Notes: generated by a model not told the origin, from the letters alone. Positions 38,704 to 48,868 are shown, numbered from the stretch's first letter. The stretch is 64,000 nucleotides of DNA from an uncultured bacterium (GCA_964548195.1 CAZJQC010000001.1:88346-152345); one strand, 5' to 3'. Numbers and translations are program-made.

Positions 38704-39591
38704 ATGGATGTGACGCTGAAAGAAGAGTTGGCGCATGTCGCCAGACGTACTGAGGAATATCTTGACCTTGTGCTTCCTGATGAGAGGCATTTCCCCGAGG
38801 GGCTTTACAAGGCCATGCGTTACGCATTGTTTTCGGGCGGGAAGCGGATAAGGCCCTATCTTGCGTTTAAGTCATACAGCCTTTTTTCTGAGGATACTGA
38901 CGCGATAATGCCTTTTTGCGCGGCCCTTGAGATGATACACACATATTCTCTGATACATGACGATCTGCCGTGCATGGATGACGATGAACTGAGAAGGGGG
39001 CGTCCCACCTGCCACACCGTGTTCGGCGAGGCCCGGGCGCTTCTTGCGGGCGACGCCCTGCTGACGCACGCTTTTTACACCATGGCGAGATATTCGGAGC
39101 TTTCCGGCGGCATCGTCCTTTCGGCCGTGGAAGCCCTTGCCCGCGCGGCCGGCCATGCCGGCATGGTGGGAGGGCAGTTCGCGGATATTGAAAGCCAGGG
39201 CGCGGAAGCGGATCTGCCGGTGCTGGAGTACATACATATGAACAAGACGGGTGAACTGATACGCGTGTCCTGTGAGATCGGAGCCATGGCCGCCGGCGCC
39301 GGCCCGGCGCAGAGGGAACAGATGAACGAGTACGGAAAAAGGGTCGGGATGGCCTTTCAGATCATAGATGACATACTGGATGAGACAGGTAGCACCGCGT
39401 TGCTGGGCAAGACCGCAGGAAAAGACAAAAAGGCGGGGAAGATGACATACCCTGCCGTGTTCGGACTGGAAGAGTCAAAAAAAATGGCCGCCGACTATAC
39501 CGCGCAGGCCAATGCCGCGCTTAAAGGTCTTCCCGGCGATATCTCCGGGCTGATGGAGTTTGCCCTGTCCATGGCGGAAAGAGTGAGGTGA
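38704..39591 (+). CDS. ispA: (2E,6E)-farnesyl diphosphate synthase / geranyltranstransferase
   Basis: First DDxxD LIHDDLPCMDDDELRRGRPT, second FQIIDDILD, KTAGKD. Classic xseAB-ispA neighbourhood with a four-gene insertion. Confidence 0.9.
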   Translation: MDVTLKEELAHVARRTEEYLDLVLPDERHFPEGLYKAMRYALFSGGKRIRPYLAFKSYSLFSEDTDAIMPFCAALEMIHTYSLIHDDLPCMDDDELRRGRPTCHTVFGEARALLAGDALLTHAFYTMARYSELSGGIVLSAVEALARAAGHAGMVGGQFADIESQGAEADLPVLEYIHMNKTGELIRVSCEIGAMAAGAGPAQREQMNEYGKRVGMAFQIIDDILDETGSTALLGKTAGKDKKAGKMTYPAVFGLEESKKMAADYTAQANAALKGLPGDISGLMEFALSMAERVR

Positions 39592-39598
39592 TGGCGCG

Positions 39599-41302
39599 GT
39601 GTTTTTGCCTGTATCCGTAAAGGAGATGCAGTCGAGGGGATGGGACCGATGCGACGTCATAATGGTCACGGGAGACGCTTATGTGGACCATCCCTCTTTC
39701 GGCGCAGCGGTCATATCGCGCTATCTTGAGTCATTGGGCTATAAAACGGGCGTCATATCGCAGCCGGACCTTGACGACCCCGCAGCAATATCCGTATTGG
39801 GCAAGCCCCGGCTTTTTTGGGGCATCACTTCCGGCAACGTGGATTCCATGATAGCAAACTATACCGCATCCGGACGCTACCGGACCGATGACCCCTATTC
39901 GGGCGGGAACGAGGCCTTTCGAATATCCGCCGCGGGGAACAGGATAAGGAAGAGGCCTGACAGAAGCCTGAACGCATACGCGCAGGCCGTGAGGCATTAT
40001 GACAAGGAGGCTGTCGTCGTGCTGGGCGGAGTCGAAGCTTCAATGAGAAGGCTTTCGCATTGGGATTATATACAGAACAAGATCCGTCATTCGGTCATCA
40101 TCGACACCAAGGCGGACCTGCTGGTCTATGGCATGGGGGAAAGGGCGGCCGGCGAGGCGGCCCGGCGGCTTGCGGCCGGCGAGGGGCTTGACGGGATAAA
40201 GGGGACGGTGACGCGTATGGCCAGGGACTTGTTTGACGCTCCCGGCGCGGAACTGCCTTCACATGAAGATATCGTCGCCAGCCGCGAGGGGCTGCTGACT
40301 CAAAACACGTTGCTGAATTCTGCGGGATGGCGGGACGACAAGGCGCTTTATCAGAACGACGGGGCCTGGACGGTCGTCCATAATCCTCCCGCCGCCCCCC
40401 TGTCTCCGCAGGAGCTTGACGCCATCTACACGCTTCCTTTTGAAAGAGCTGTGCACCCGTCACACGGCAGCGTCCCCGCGTTTGATATGATAAAATTTTC
40501 AGTCACGTCACACCGCGGCTGTTCCGGCGGATGCGCGTTCTGCGGCATAGGCCTGCACCAGGGAAAGACTGTGGTCTCCAGGTCCGAGGAATCGGTGCTG
40601 AAAGAGATCGGACTCATCCGAAAACGGAACGACTTCAAAGGCCATATCACAGATATAGGGGGGCCATCCGCCGATATGTACGGTTCGCACTGTGCCGGGG
40701 ACCCGGCGCGATGCGTAAGACGCTCATGCCTTTATCCATCCAGATGCCCCAATTACAGGGATGATATCCGACGCTATTTGAGATTGCTTGAGAGGGCCTC
40801 CGGCATGGTCAAAAAAGTGAGCATAGGCAGCGGCCTGAGGCTTGACCTGGCCCTGGACAGCGAGGACGCCCTTAAAAAGATAACGGAAAGGTATCTCTCG
40901 GGCTATCTGAATGCCGCGCCCGAACATAATGACGCTGATGTGCTCCGATACATGGGGAAATTTTCTCCCGGCGCCTTTATGAGGTTCATAAACAGAATCA
41001 AAAAAAACAAGGCCGGCCGTTTCAGGCTACGGCCCTATTTTATAGCCGGTCATCCGGGCGAGACCGAAGAAGCAAACAGCAGGCTTGTCTCTTTTCTTCG
41101 TAAAAACCCCATGGACACCAGGGCCGTTCAGGTGTTTGTGCCCACCCCCATGACGCTTTCCACGGCTTATTACGCTTCCGGAAAGGATCTTGACGGCGCA
41201 GCCGTCCACATACCATCTCCCGGGGAAGCCGAGTCCTTTAAAAGGAATATACTGAAAGCGGGGCTGTTCACGGGCCACGTGGGGAACAAAAAGAAAAGAT
41301 AA
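39599..41302 (+). CDS. YgiQ-family radical SAM protein (UPF0313)
   Basis: N-terminus GWDRCDVIMVTGDAYVDHPSFG nearly identical in pattern to E. coli YgiQ. Radical-SAM HRGCSGGCAFCGI. GTG start with GAGGTGA RBS. Confidence 0.85.
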   Translation: MFLPVSVKEMQSRGWDRCDVIMVTGDAYVDHPSFGAAVISRYLESLGYKTGVISQPDLDDPAAISVLGKPRLFWGITSGNVDSMIANYTASGRYRTDDPYSGGNEAFRISAAGNRIRKRPDRSLNAYAQAVRHYDKEAVVVLGGVEASMRRLSHWDYIQNKIRHSVIIDTKADLLVYGMGERAAGEAARRLAAGEGLDGIKGTVTRMARDLFDAPGAELPSHEDIVASREGLLTQNTLLNSAGWRDDKALYQNDGAWTVVHNPPAAPLSPQELDAIYTLPFERAVHPSHGSVPAFDMIKFSVTSHRGCSGGCAFCGIGLHQGKTVVSRSEESVLKEIGLIRKRNDFKGHITDIGGPSADMYGSHCAGDPARCVRRSCLYPSRCPNYRDDIRRYLRLLERASGMVKKVSIGSGLRLDLALDSEDALKKITERYLSGYLNAAPEHNDADVLRYMGKFSPGAFMRFINRIKKNKAGRFRLRPYFIAGHPGETEEANSRLVSFLRKNPMDTRAVQVFVPTPMTLSTAYYASGKDLDGAAVHIPSPGEAESFKRNILKAGLFTGHVGNKKKR

Positions 41303-41425
41303 GACTTGCGGTTTTTCGCCGATGAAAAGATCAGGACACTCTATTTTTAAGCTGCAGTTGCGAGAATATGCTTGCTCCGGACACCCGGTTCAGTATAATC
41401 GGTAAATCTGGAAAAGAGGTGTGCC

Positions 41426-42232
41426 GTGAGTATGATCGAATATTTTGACAGTAATTGCTTTGATGTGGAAGACAAGATATCGGACGGGGCCGAGGTGCTT
41501 GACCTGATCGCGGAGCGGGTGCATAAGTCAATGGGCGACCTGTCCCCGGGACTGGAGACGATCAGGACGTCTTTTGAACAGCGTGAAAAGATGGGGTCGA
41601 CCGCTTTTGGAGATGCATATGCCATACCCCATTGCAGACTTGAGGGCGCCGGCGGATTTGTGACAGGCGTGCTTAAAACGTCAAGGGAGATCGCGTTCGG
41701 ATCAAAAAGCGGCAAAGGGACGCGCCTCTTCGTATACATGGCGGGCCCGCGCGAGGAGAGAGCCGAACATATCAGGGTGCTTTCCCGGCTGGCGGGACTT
41801 TTATCCGACCGAAAGTGCGTGGACAGCCTTCTCCATGCTGAAAACAAGGAAAAATTAAAGGAGGCCGTATACGCTTTTTTTGAGGATGATGATGAGTCGC
41901 GTGAATCCGGCGGCAGGACAGCTCTGTTTTCGGTTTTTTTGAACGACGAGACGGTCCTGCAGGAGGTGCTTTCGGTGTTTGCCGGATGCGCGCGCGGGAA
42001 TGTGCGTGTGATACAGACTGAAAAAGCCGACAGCTATCTCTACAAGATGCCGCTTTTTTCAGCGTATTGGACCGATCAGGGCGATTCCTTCGGGAGGATG
42101 GTCATAGCCGCCGTCCCGCACGCCGGCATAAACGATGCCATAAGAAGGCTGACCGTGAAAGAGGACGGCTCCAGGCGGCGCATCTCGATCGCGGTGCAGG
42201 AACTTTCATTCTTTCTGCCGGAGACCCTCTGA
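41426..42232 (+). CDS. PTS EIIA type-2-like (EIIA-Ntr/fructose-family) regulatory domain protein with ~110-aa C-terminal extension
   Basis: GSTAFGDAYAIPHCRL contains the EIIA-2 phospho-His context (AIPH). No EIIB/EIIC partner in the window. Stop overlaps the antiporter ATG. Confidence 0.65.
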   Translation: MSMIEYFDSNCFDVEDKISDGAEVLDLIAERVHKSMGDLSPGLETIRTSFEQREKMGSTAFGDAYAIPHCRLEGAGGFVTGVLKTSREIAFGSKSGKGTRLFVYMAGPREERAEHIRVLSRLAGLLSDRKCVDSLLHAENKEKLKEAVYAFFEDDDESRESGGRTALFSVFLNDETVLQEVLSVFAGCARGNVRVIQTEKADSYLYKMPLFSAYWTDQGDSFGRMVIAAVPHAGINDAIRRLTVKEDGSRRRISIAVQELSFFLPETL

Positions 42233-43470
42233 TGTTTCATGCCGTGCATGCGGCGCTTTGCTCGCATCCTCTTCTCACTGTGGGCATCATGACGCTGGCA
42301 GGCCTTTATATGGGCCGGGCTGCTCAGAAAATAAAGCTTCCGTCCATAATAGGATTTATGGTGCTCGGGGTGCTGCTGGGGCCGTCGGCGGCCGGCATAC
42401 TTGACGCGCAGCTCTTTGAGGACCTTTCTTTCATTTCGGACATTGCATTGGGTTTTGTGGCCCTGAGCATCGGGCTGGAGCTTAACATAGGCTCGTTGAG
42501 ACAGCTGGGCAGAGGGATAGCCGTTATAATATTTGCGGAGTCCGCGGCCGCCTTTATCGTGGTCTTCGGCTGTGTTTTTGCCCTTACGCGCGATCTGCCC
42601 ATGTCCCTTATTTTTGGAGCCATAGCGCCGGCAAGCGCTCCGGCGGGGACGGTGGCCGTGATCAGGGAATACGGCGCCAGCGGGCCTCTTACAAAAGCCC
42701 TCTATGCCGTTGTCGGATTTGATGACGGGCTGGGAATAATAATATTCGGTTTTGCTTCATCCGTGGCCAAGAGCCTGCTCGCGGGAGGCCATTCTGATCT
42801 CGGGTCGCTTGTTTCCGGGCCCATGACTGAAATAGCCCTGAGCATAGGGGCCGGCATATTGATCGCGATCCTTTTCGGAGCGCTGGCTTCACGGGCAAAG
42901 AACCCCTCCGAGCTGATCATATTGCTTTTTTCGGCGGTGCTTGCCGGTTCCGGCCTCAGCAACGCCCTTAGCCTGTCGCTTATACTGACCAACATGACTA
43001 TGGGCATGGTTATAAGCAACAGCGGCATTCACGGACTGGTGAACAGGATATCATCGGAACTTGTACGCATAATGCCGCTGCTTTTTGTCATGTTCTTTAT
43101 CATGGCCGGGGCGAACCTCCACGTGGACGCGCTTCCTTCACTGGGGGTTCTGGGCATGGTCTACGTGCTGTCAAGAACGGCCGGGCTTATGGGCGGAGCC
43201 TTTCTGGGCGCGGCGGCGGGGAAGACCGCTCCCGTGATAAGAAAGTACCTCGGCATGGGAATATTAAGCCAGGCGGGCGTCGCCATAGGGCTTGCGCTTA
43301 TTGTCAAACAGCAGTTTTCGCCTTTGGGGGAAGCCGGCGAGCGCATCGGCGGCGCGGTCATCACCACGGTCACGGCGACATGCATATTCTTTGAGATAAT
43401 AGGGCCGCTGTTGACCAAAAGGGCTCTTGAAAAAGCCGGGGAGACGGGCGCCGTTAAAAGTGTCGATTGA
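42232..43470 (+). CDS. Cation:proton antiporter (CPA-superfamily Na+/H+ or K+/H+ exchanger)
   Basis: SIIGFMVLGVLLGPS signature helix, ~12 TM helices, 412 aa. Start at 42232 (TGATG overlap); the longer ORF from 42067 is a read-through artefact. Confidence 0.8.
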   Translation: MFHAVHAALCSHPLLTVGIMTLAGLYMGRAAQKIKLPSIIGFMVLGVLLGPSAAGILDAQLFEDLSFISDIALGFVALSIGLELNIGSLRQLGRGIAVIIFAESAAAFIVVFGCVFALTRDLPMSLIFGAIAPASAPAGTVAVIREYGASGPLTKALYAVVGFDDGLGIIIFGFASSVAKSLLAGGHSDLGSLVSGPMTEIALSIGAGILIAILFGALASRAKNPSELIILLFSAVLAGSGLSNALSLSLILTNMTMGMVISNSGIHGLVNRISSELVRIMPLLFVMFFIMAGANLHVDALPSLGVLGMVYVLSRTAGLMGGAFLGAAAGKTAPVIRKYLGMGILSQAGVAIGLALIVKQQFSPLGEAGERIGGAVITTVTATCIFFEIIGPLLTKRALEKAGETGAVKSVD

Positions 43471-43515
43471 CATGGACATGAAAGTACATATAATTTATTA
43501 TGAACAGGAGGTTGT

Positions 43516-43749
43516 ATGACCGCAAAGAGACATAAGCTTTATTTGATGATATCCGGAGGCGGCGCCTTCGTGATGTCGCTGGTGAACGTCAGTGTGGCGG
43601 TTGCGTTTATCGTGTCTTTCATCTGGTACGGATATGCCTGGAAAAAAGAGGAAAGGCCGGAGTTCAGGGGGCGTGTGCTGTGGTATTTGGCCGGAGCCGC
43701 CGGGATAGTGATCGCGATCACAAGGACATTTCTTCTCAATCTCAAATGA
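43516..43749 (+). CDS. Small two-TM membrane protein, possibly a short NfeD-like partner of the downstream SPFH protein
   Basis: 77 aa, two hydrophobic helices, 23 nt upstream of the SPFH gene. Confidence 0.45.
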   Translation: MTAKRHKLYLMISGGGAFVMSLVNVSVAVAFIVSFIWYGYAWKKEERPEFRGRVLWYLAGAAGIVIAITRTFLLNLK

Positions 43750-43772
43750 GACAATAAAAACGGAGGTGTAAT

Positions 43773-44711
43773 ATGGGTGTTGTTTTTACATTGGCATTGG
43801 CCATAGTGTTTTTGTCGGTATATATAGGCAGAAAAAAAAGGGAAGCCCAGGATGTAAGGGCCAGGGGCGTGAATAACATACTGCTTGTCTTTACTGTCGT
43901 ATTCTTTCTGATCACATTGTCCAACTTTATCGTTATCATAGATGCCGGCGAGGTCGGCGTGCAGATACTGTTCGGGAAGGTGCAGCAGCGTACGCTGAAA
44001 GCGGGCATCAATGTCGTAAACCCCTTCATAAACATCGTAAAATACCCCACGAGGGTACAGGAATACACGATGAGCATAGCAACCGGGGAAGGCAGGAAAA
44101 GCGGCGACGACAGTATAAAGGTCAGGACGCTTGACGGCCTTGAGGTCAGCGTGGACCTCACAGTGTGGTGGCTGATCGATCCCGAAAGCGTGAACAACAT
44201 GTATGCGAACCTTGCAAAAAGCGTGTATGAGCTGGAATTGAAGATCATAAGGCCGGCCATAAGGACCGTCGTGCGGGATACGGCAGCGGTGTACAAGATG
44301 GATGCGCTTTACACAAGCAAAAGGACGGAGTTTACCGAAAGGGTGGACCGCGACCTGAAAGAGATGTTCATGTCAAAGAACGTGCGCGTCGACCGGGTGC
44401 TTGTGAGAAACATAAACCTGCCGCAGATGGTGGAAAAGGCCATACAGGAGAAGATGCGTTCAAAACAGGAAGAAGAGGCCATGGAATATAAAAAGAACAT
44501 AGCGATGCGTGAAGCCGAGATAAAGGAAGTGGAGGCCCGCGGCCTCGCCAACGCCCAGCGCATCATAAACAGCACGCTGTCGGACAAATATCTGCAGCAT
44601 GAAGCGATCATGGCGTATGAGAAACTCGCGAACTCACCAAACACGACATTTGTGATATTGCCCACGTCGCCCACCGCGACGGGTATGCCGCTTATACTCG
44701 GCGGCAAATAG
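43773..44711 (+). CDS. SPFH/Band-7 (prohibitin/stomatin-like) domain membrane protein
   Basis: N-terminal TM anchor, then IIDAGEVGVQILFGKVQQRTLKAGINVVNPFI SPFH core and a coiled-coil C-terminus. Confidence 0.85.
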   Translation: MGVVFTLALAIVFLSVYIGRKKREAQDVRARGVNNILLVFTVVFFLITLSNFIVIIDAGEVGVQILFGKVQQRTLKAGINVVNPFINIVKYPTRVQEYTMSIATGEGRKSGDDSIKVRTLDGLEVSVDLTVWWLIDPESVNNMYANLAKSVYELELKIIRPAIRTVVRDTAAVYKMDALYTSKRTEFTERVDRDLKEMFMSKNVRVDRVLVRNINLPQMVEKAIQEKMRSKQEEEAMEYKKNIAMREAEIKEVEARGLANAQRIINSTLSDKYLQHEAIMAYEKLANSPNTTFVILPTSPTATGMPLILGGK

Positions 44712-44723
44712 AGGCATTGAGTA

Positions 44724-44749
44724 AGGCGCCTGAAAAGGCGCCTTTTTTA
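44724..44749 (+). terminator. Rho-independent terminator after the SPFH gene
   Basis: AGGCGCC-tgaaaa-GGCGCCT followed by TTTTTT. Confidence 0.8.
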
Positions 44750-44822
44750 TCGTTCAGTATCCGCGAAAAAGGCGGGGACGGCGCCTGCAGGGGGCCGGCT
44801 CTGTTCCGAAAGGAGACTGCGC

Positions 44823-46271
44823 ATGGGTAAGACAAGATATTTTAACGGGAAGGTCTATTGCGGGGGCGGCCTGTTTTCGGACGAGTTTTTTGTCGAAGAC
44901 GGACGTTTCGCGGCCCCCGGCCCCTGCGAGGCCGAGCAGGACCTGCACAAGCGCCTTGTGCTGCCCGGGTTTATAGATTCACACACACATATCGTATCTG
45001 CCGGCCTTAATACTCTGGGTGCGGACTGTTCCACGGCAAAAGACATGGAGGAGCTTCTCCACGTAATATCCGGCTACATCGCGCATGCCGGCATCACGCA
45101 GCCCTTCGGGCGGGGTTTCGACGAGACCATGATAAAGGAGAGGCGTTTTCCCACGCCGGAAGAGTTTGAGTCGGCCACAGGCGGAGTGCCGTTTTACATG
45201 GTGCGTGTCGACCTTCATTCCATGATGGTGAACTCTTCTTTTGAGGCAAGATACGGCTTTCAAGGCAGCGGAGGCATCATAAGGGGCGAGGAGTATGACC
45301 GGGCTGTTATCGCATTGGGAGACATCGCGTCCGCCGAAGACAGGCTGAAAGGGCTGGCGGAGATGCAGCGGCGCGCTTTCAGTGCGGGGGTGACGACTGT
45401 CCATACGATGGAGGGCTGGCATACAGACATGACAAATGTGGATTTTATACTTGAACACGGAGGGGACTTTGACCTCGACATGGTATTGTATCCGCAGGTG
45501 TATGATGTAAGCGGCGTTGCCGGGCGCGGCCTTAAGCGCATAGGAGGCTGCATACTCGTGGACGGATCGCTGGGTTCGCGCACCGCGGCCCTTGGCGAAA
45601 GCTATGCGGATATGCCGGGCAATTTCGGACGTCTGTATCACGGCGAAGAGGAACTGGCCGATTTCGCCGGCAGGGCTCATGAGCTGGGCCTTCAGATGAG
45701 TTTTCACGCCATCGGGGACGCGGCGGTCCGGCAGATAACGGATGTGTATGAACGGGTGTTCTCAAAACACGGCAGGGGAAAACAGCGCCACAGGATCGAA
45801 CACTGCGTACTTGCATCCGATAAGGAACTTGACCGAATCGCGGCCATGGGCCTGTGGCTTGACTTCCAACCCGCTTTTCACGCCCGCTGGGCGGGAGCCG
45901 GGGGGCTTTACGAACAGCGCCTGGGCGCCGAACGGGTGCTTCGGGTAAATCCGATGGCGTCCGCGGTGCGCCGCGGGATACCGGTTGCGTTCGGGTCCGA
46001 CTGTGATGTGACGCCGCTTGATCCGCTGGGCGGCATACGGGCCGCGGTGACAGCAGACCGCAGGGGCGAGTCGGTGGACATCTTCACGGCTGTTGACGCT
46101 TTTACGGTCAATGCGGCCGCTATCGCCGGTGATGAGTGTGAACACGGGTCTTTCCGGCCCGGAAACAAGGCTGATTTTGTGATACTGGACGGTGATCTCT
46201 TCGACCCCTGGATGATAGACGATGTCGGGATCATAAACACATATAAAGGAGGCAGACCTTGGCTGAGATAA
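44823..46271 (+). CDS. Amidohydrolase-family metal-dependent hydrolase (YtcJ/amidohydrolase_3-like)
   Basis: LPGFIDSHTHIVSAGL metal-binding HxH, C-terminal GSDCDVTPLDPL. Substrate unknown. Confidence 0.75.
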   Translation: MGKTRYFNGKVYCGGGLFSDEFFVEDGRFAAPGPCEAEQDLHKRLVLPGFIDSHTHIVSAGLNTLGADCSTAKDMEELLHVISGYIAHAGITQPFGRGFDETMIKERRFPTPEEFESATGGVPFYMVRVDLHSMMVNSSFEARYGFQGSGGIIRGEEYDRAVIALGDIASAEDRLKGLAEMQRRAFSAGVTTVHTMEGWHTDMTNVDFILEHGGDFDLDMVLYPQVYDVSGVAGRGLKRIGGCILVDGSLGSRTAALGESYADMPGNFGRLYHGEEELADFAGRAHELGLQMSFHAIGDAAVRQITDVYERVFSKHGRGKQRHRIEHCVLASDKELDRIAAMGLWLDFQPAFHARWAGAGGLYEQRLGAERVLRVNPMASAVRRGIPVAFGSDCDVTPLDPLGGIRAAVTADRRGESVDIFTAVDAFTVNAAAIAGDECEHGSFRPGNKADFVILDGDLFDPWMIDDVGIINTYKGGRPWLR

Positions 46272-47578
46272 CGGGACATTTTGACGACAGACGGTGGTTT
46301 TCCGATGCTCGCGCGGCGATGGCGGCCGACCTTGACCTGCTTATACGCGCTGAAAGCGTTGAGTCCGAAGGAGCCGAAGGCGCACCTTTCGGCGGCGGGG
46401 TGAGGGACGCGCTTGACGCGGCCATGAGACTGTTCCAAAGAGAAGGGTTTTCCATCATCGCGACCGAAGGGCTGTTTGGCGCCGCCGACTGGGGCGCGGG
46501 CAAAGAGACTGTCGCCGCGTTGTGCCATTGCGACGTGGTGCCTCCGGGCAACGGCTGGACGGTGGCGCCTTTTAAACTTACCGTAAAAGAGGGCAAATGG
46601 TTTGGACGCGGCGTGGTGGACGACAAAGGGCCGCTGATCATGCTTTTATACGCTGTAAAATACCTTAAGGAGTCCGGATTCGTCCCTTCGCGGCGGTTAA
46701 GAGTGATAGTGGGAACAAATGAAGAGACCGGGTGGAAGGGTATAGCCCGGTACAAGGAATTGCATGAGGAACCCGATTTCGCATTCGCTCCCGATGCCGT
46801 ATTTCCCGTCATCAATGCGGAGAAAGGCATACTGCATTTGAAGATAAGGACGGCTGTCGGCATAAAGGGCCTTGTCTCGCTGACGGGCGGCGACGCTCCC
46901 AACATGGTGGCGGGCCACGCCGAAGCCGTTTTTGATTCGCGGCCTTTGTGCGCGGAAGACAAGGATATAATATCACGCAGCGAGGGCGGGATGTGGATGA
47001 TAGGGGCCCGCGGGAAAACGGCTCACGCCAGTCTGCCTGAAACGGGAGAAAACGCCATCGACAAACTATTCGATGTGCTGGGCAGGTATTACAGCTCGCC
47101 CGCGGCCGGTATGCTGAAGGCATTAAATGGAGAATGGAAAAAAGATTTTCATGACGATATCAGCGGAGAACTCACGGTAAACACCGGGATGGCGGGCGAC
47201 GACGGATTTTCCGTCGACATACGATATCCTGTCACGAGATCCAGCGAAGAGGTGTTGAAAGCATTGGCGAAGGCGCTGGGCTCCGGGGCCGAGATCACGG
47301 TGGAGGACGACACCGCTCCGCACAGTGTCGACGGAGAAAACCGCTTTGTAAAGGCGCTTGGCGAGGCGTACGGAGAGGTCACGGGAAAGGGTTTCCGGCC
47401 CCCGGAATCGATGGGAGGCGGCACATACGGGAGAGCGTTTAAGAACGGTGTCGCTTTCGGCCCGCTTTTTCCGGATGATGAGGAGACCGCTCATCAGGCC
47501 GACGAGTATCTTAAGGAGAGCTCTTTTGTCAACGGATGCGTGGTGTACGCATCCGCGCTCAGGAAGTTGCTGAGCTGA
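46259..47578 (+). CDS. M20-family dipeptidase (PepV/Sapep-like)
   Basis: LCHCDVVPPGNGW (HxDVVP), GRGVVDDKGP, C-terminal metal-ligand region. TTG start with AGGAGG RBS. Confidence 0.8.
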   Translation: MAEITGHFDDRRWFSDARAAMAADLDLLIRAESVESEGAEGAPFGGGVRDALDAAMRLFQREGFSIIATEGLFGAADWGAGKETVAALCHCDVVPPGNGWTVAPFKLTVKEGKWFGRGVVDDKGPLIMLLYAVKYLKESGFVPSRRLRVIVGTNEETGWKGIARYKELHEEPDFAFAPDAVFPVINAEKGILHLKIRTAVGIKGLVSLTGGDAPNMVAGHAEAVFDSRPLCAEDKDIISRSEGGMWMIGARGKTAHASLPETGENAIDKLFDVLGRYYSSPAAGMLKALNGEWKKDFHDDISGELTVNTGMAGDDGFSVDIRYPVTRSSEEVLKALAKALGSGAEITVEDDTAPHSVDGENRFVKALGEAYGEVTGKGFRPPESMGGGTYGRAFKNGVAFGPLFPDDEETAHQADEYLKESSFVNGCVVYASALRKLLS

Positions 47579-48833
47579 GCGCGGCGTGCAGATATGAATC
47601 GAGGAAGTCGAGTGCTTTTTCGAAATCGGCGGGCGCTATGTTCATAAACGAGAGCCTGAAGTAGGAGTCAAAGTCCGGAGAATAGGAAAACCGGTCGCCG
47701 GGTGTCCAGGGCGGAGCGCTGCCGAACAGCGGGGCCCCGCTGTTCACCCAGAGGTTGTGGCCGGAGGTGCCCTCTTCGACGGAAAGTCCGGGATGTTTCT
47801 TGAGCAGGGAGACGAGTTTTTTTCGCCTGGCAGCCATTTCTGAGGCGGTCGAAGCTATGAAGGAAGCATAATCTCCGCTTTTTATAAAATTATCCACAAG
47901 GCGCTGAGCCAGCCCCGAGGTCGCGATGTCGGTCTTGTATTTGGCCATAAGAGCGGCCTCGAACAGATCGGCGGGACATATGATCAGGCCGAGGCGTATG
48001 CCCGAGGCGAGTGTCTTTGAAAGGGATTTGACGTATATTGTCCTTTCCGGGATTATGTCTATGAAACGGGGCCTTGGCGAGGGCACGAACTCGGAATCGT
48101 GGTCATCCTCTATAACATACAGCCCGTTATCCGCGATTATTTCAGCCGTGCGGCCCAGGGACTGTTCGCTGTAGGAAAATCCGGTGGGGTTGTGTACGGC
48201 GGGCATGGAATAGAAGGCGCCGCATTCGCCGGATTCCGCCAGGGACCTGAGTCTGCCGGTATCCGGGCCGTCCTTTCCCATGCGTATAAAGTCGGATGGC
48301 CTGAACAGAGAAGCCGCCCCAGGGTACGAGGGGTCTTCGAAGATGACGCGCGAGGACTTATGCGGCCCCAGCGCTTTTTTTGTTATGTCGAGTCCCTGCT
48401 GCGCCCCGGAGACTATGATCATCCTGTCGGCCGGTATATTGTAGAAGGATGAGACCGTGTCTATCAGCGATGGCATGCCTTTTACGGGCGGCTGTGAGAA
48501 AGCCGCCGCGCCGTCCCTCTCCATCATGCCGGAAAAGATATCGGCGAAAGTCCTGTAGGGAAAGAGCTCATGCGAGATATACGCGTTTTTGAAATCATAG
48601 GCGGAGACGGACTCCGGCATGTATTCGGGATAGCGTATGTATGAGCCGCTGCCGACGGTGTTTTCGAGTATCCCCTCCGACTTCAGTATGTCGAAAGCCT
48701 TCTGCACTGTTATCTTGTTGCATCCGAAATCAAGGGCCAGTTCCCGTATGGAGGGTATTTTTTCGCCCGGCCGGTACACGCCCTTGCGTATGCGCGACTT
48801 CAGCTCATAGGCTATGGCCTCAAATAAAGACAT
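47559..48833 (-). CDS. MocR/GabR-type regulator (GntR wHTH fused to PLP-dependent aminotransferase-like domain), probable PdxR
   Basis: N-terminal SIRELALDFGCNKITVQKAFDILKSEGIL wHTH, ~350-aa fold-type I domain, divergent from pdxST. Confidence 0.8.
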   Translation of the reverse strand: MSLFEAIAYELKSRIRKGVYRPGEKIPSIRELALDFGCNKITVQKAFDILKSEGILENTVGSGSYIRYPEYMPESVSAYDFKNAYISHELFPYRTFADIFSGMMERDGAAAFSQPPVKGMPSLIDTVSSFYNIPADRMIIVSGAQQGLDITKKALGPHKSSRVIFEDPSYPGAASLFRPSDFIRMGKDGPDTGRLRSLAESGECGAFYSMPAVHNPTGFSYSEQSLGRTAEIIADNGLYVIEDDHDSEFVPSPRPRFIDIIPERTIYVKSLSKTLASGIRLGLIICPADLFEAALMAKYKTDIATSGLAQRLVDNFIKSGDYASFIASTASEMAARRKKLVSLLKKHPGLSVEEGTSGHNLWVNSGAPLFGSAPPWTPGDRFSYSPDFDSYFRLSFMNIAPADFEKALDFLDSYLHAALSSATS

Positions 48834-48842
48834 AAAATCTCC

Positions 48843-48868
48843 TTGACAAATAGTACACTTGGTATAAT
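48843..48868 (+). promoter_or_regulatory. Putative pdxS promoter (TTGACA ... TGGTATAAT) within the pdxR/pdxS divergent control region
   Basis: TTGACA 48843-48848 and TATAAT 48863-48868 with extended -10 TG. The spacer is only 14 nt, so -35 register is uncertain. Confidence 0.45.

Noticed and set aside
42067-42231. N-terminal extension of the antiporter ORF (MDRSGRFLRED...)
   Set aside because: It is the overlapping alternative frame of the EIIA-like gene's 3' end; the antiporter signal helix begins right after the ATG at 42232
44712-44822. Possible regulatory element upstream of the amidohydrolase gene
   Set aside because: Apart from the terminator hairpin and a good RBS (AAAGGAG), no convincing promoter or structured motif could be identified by eye
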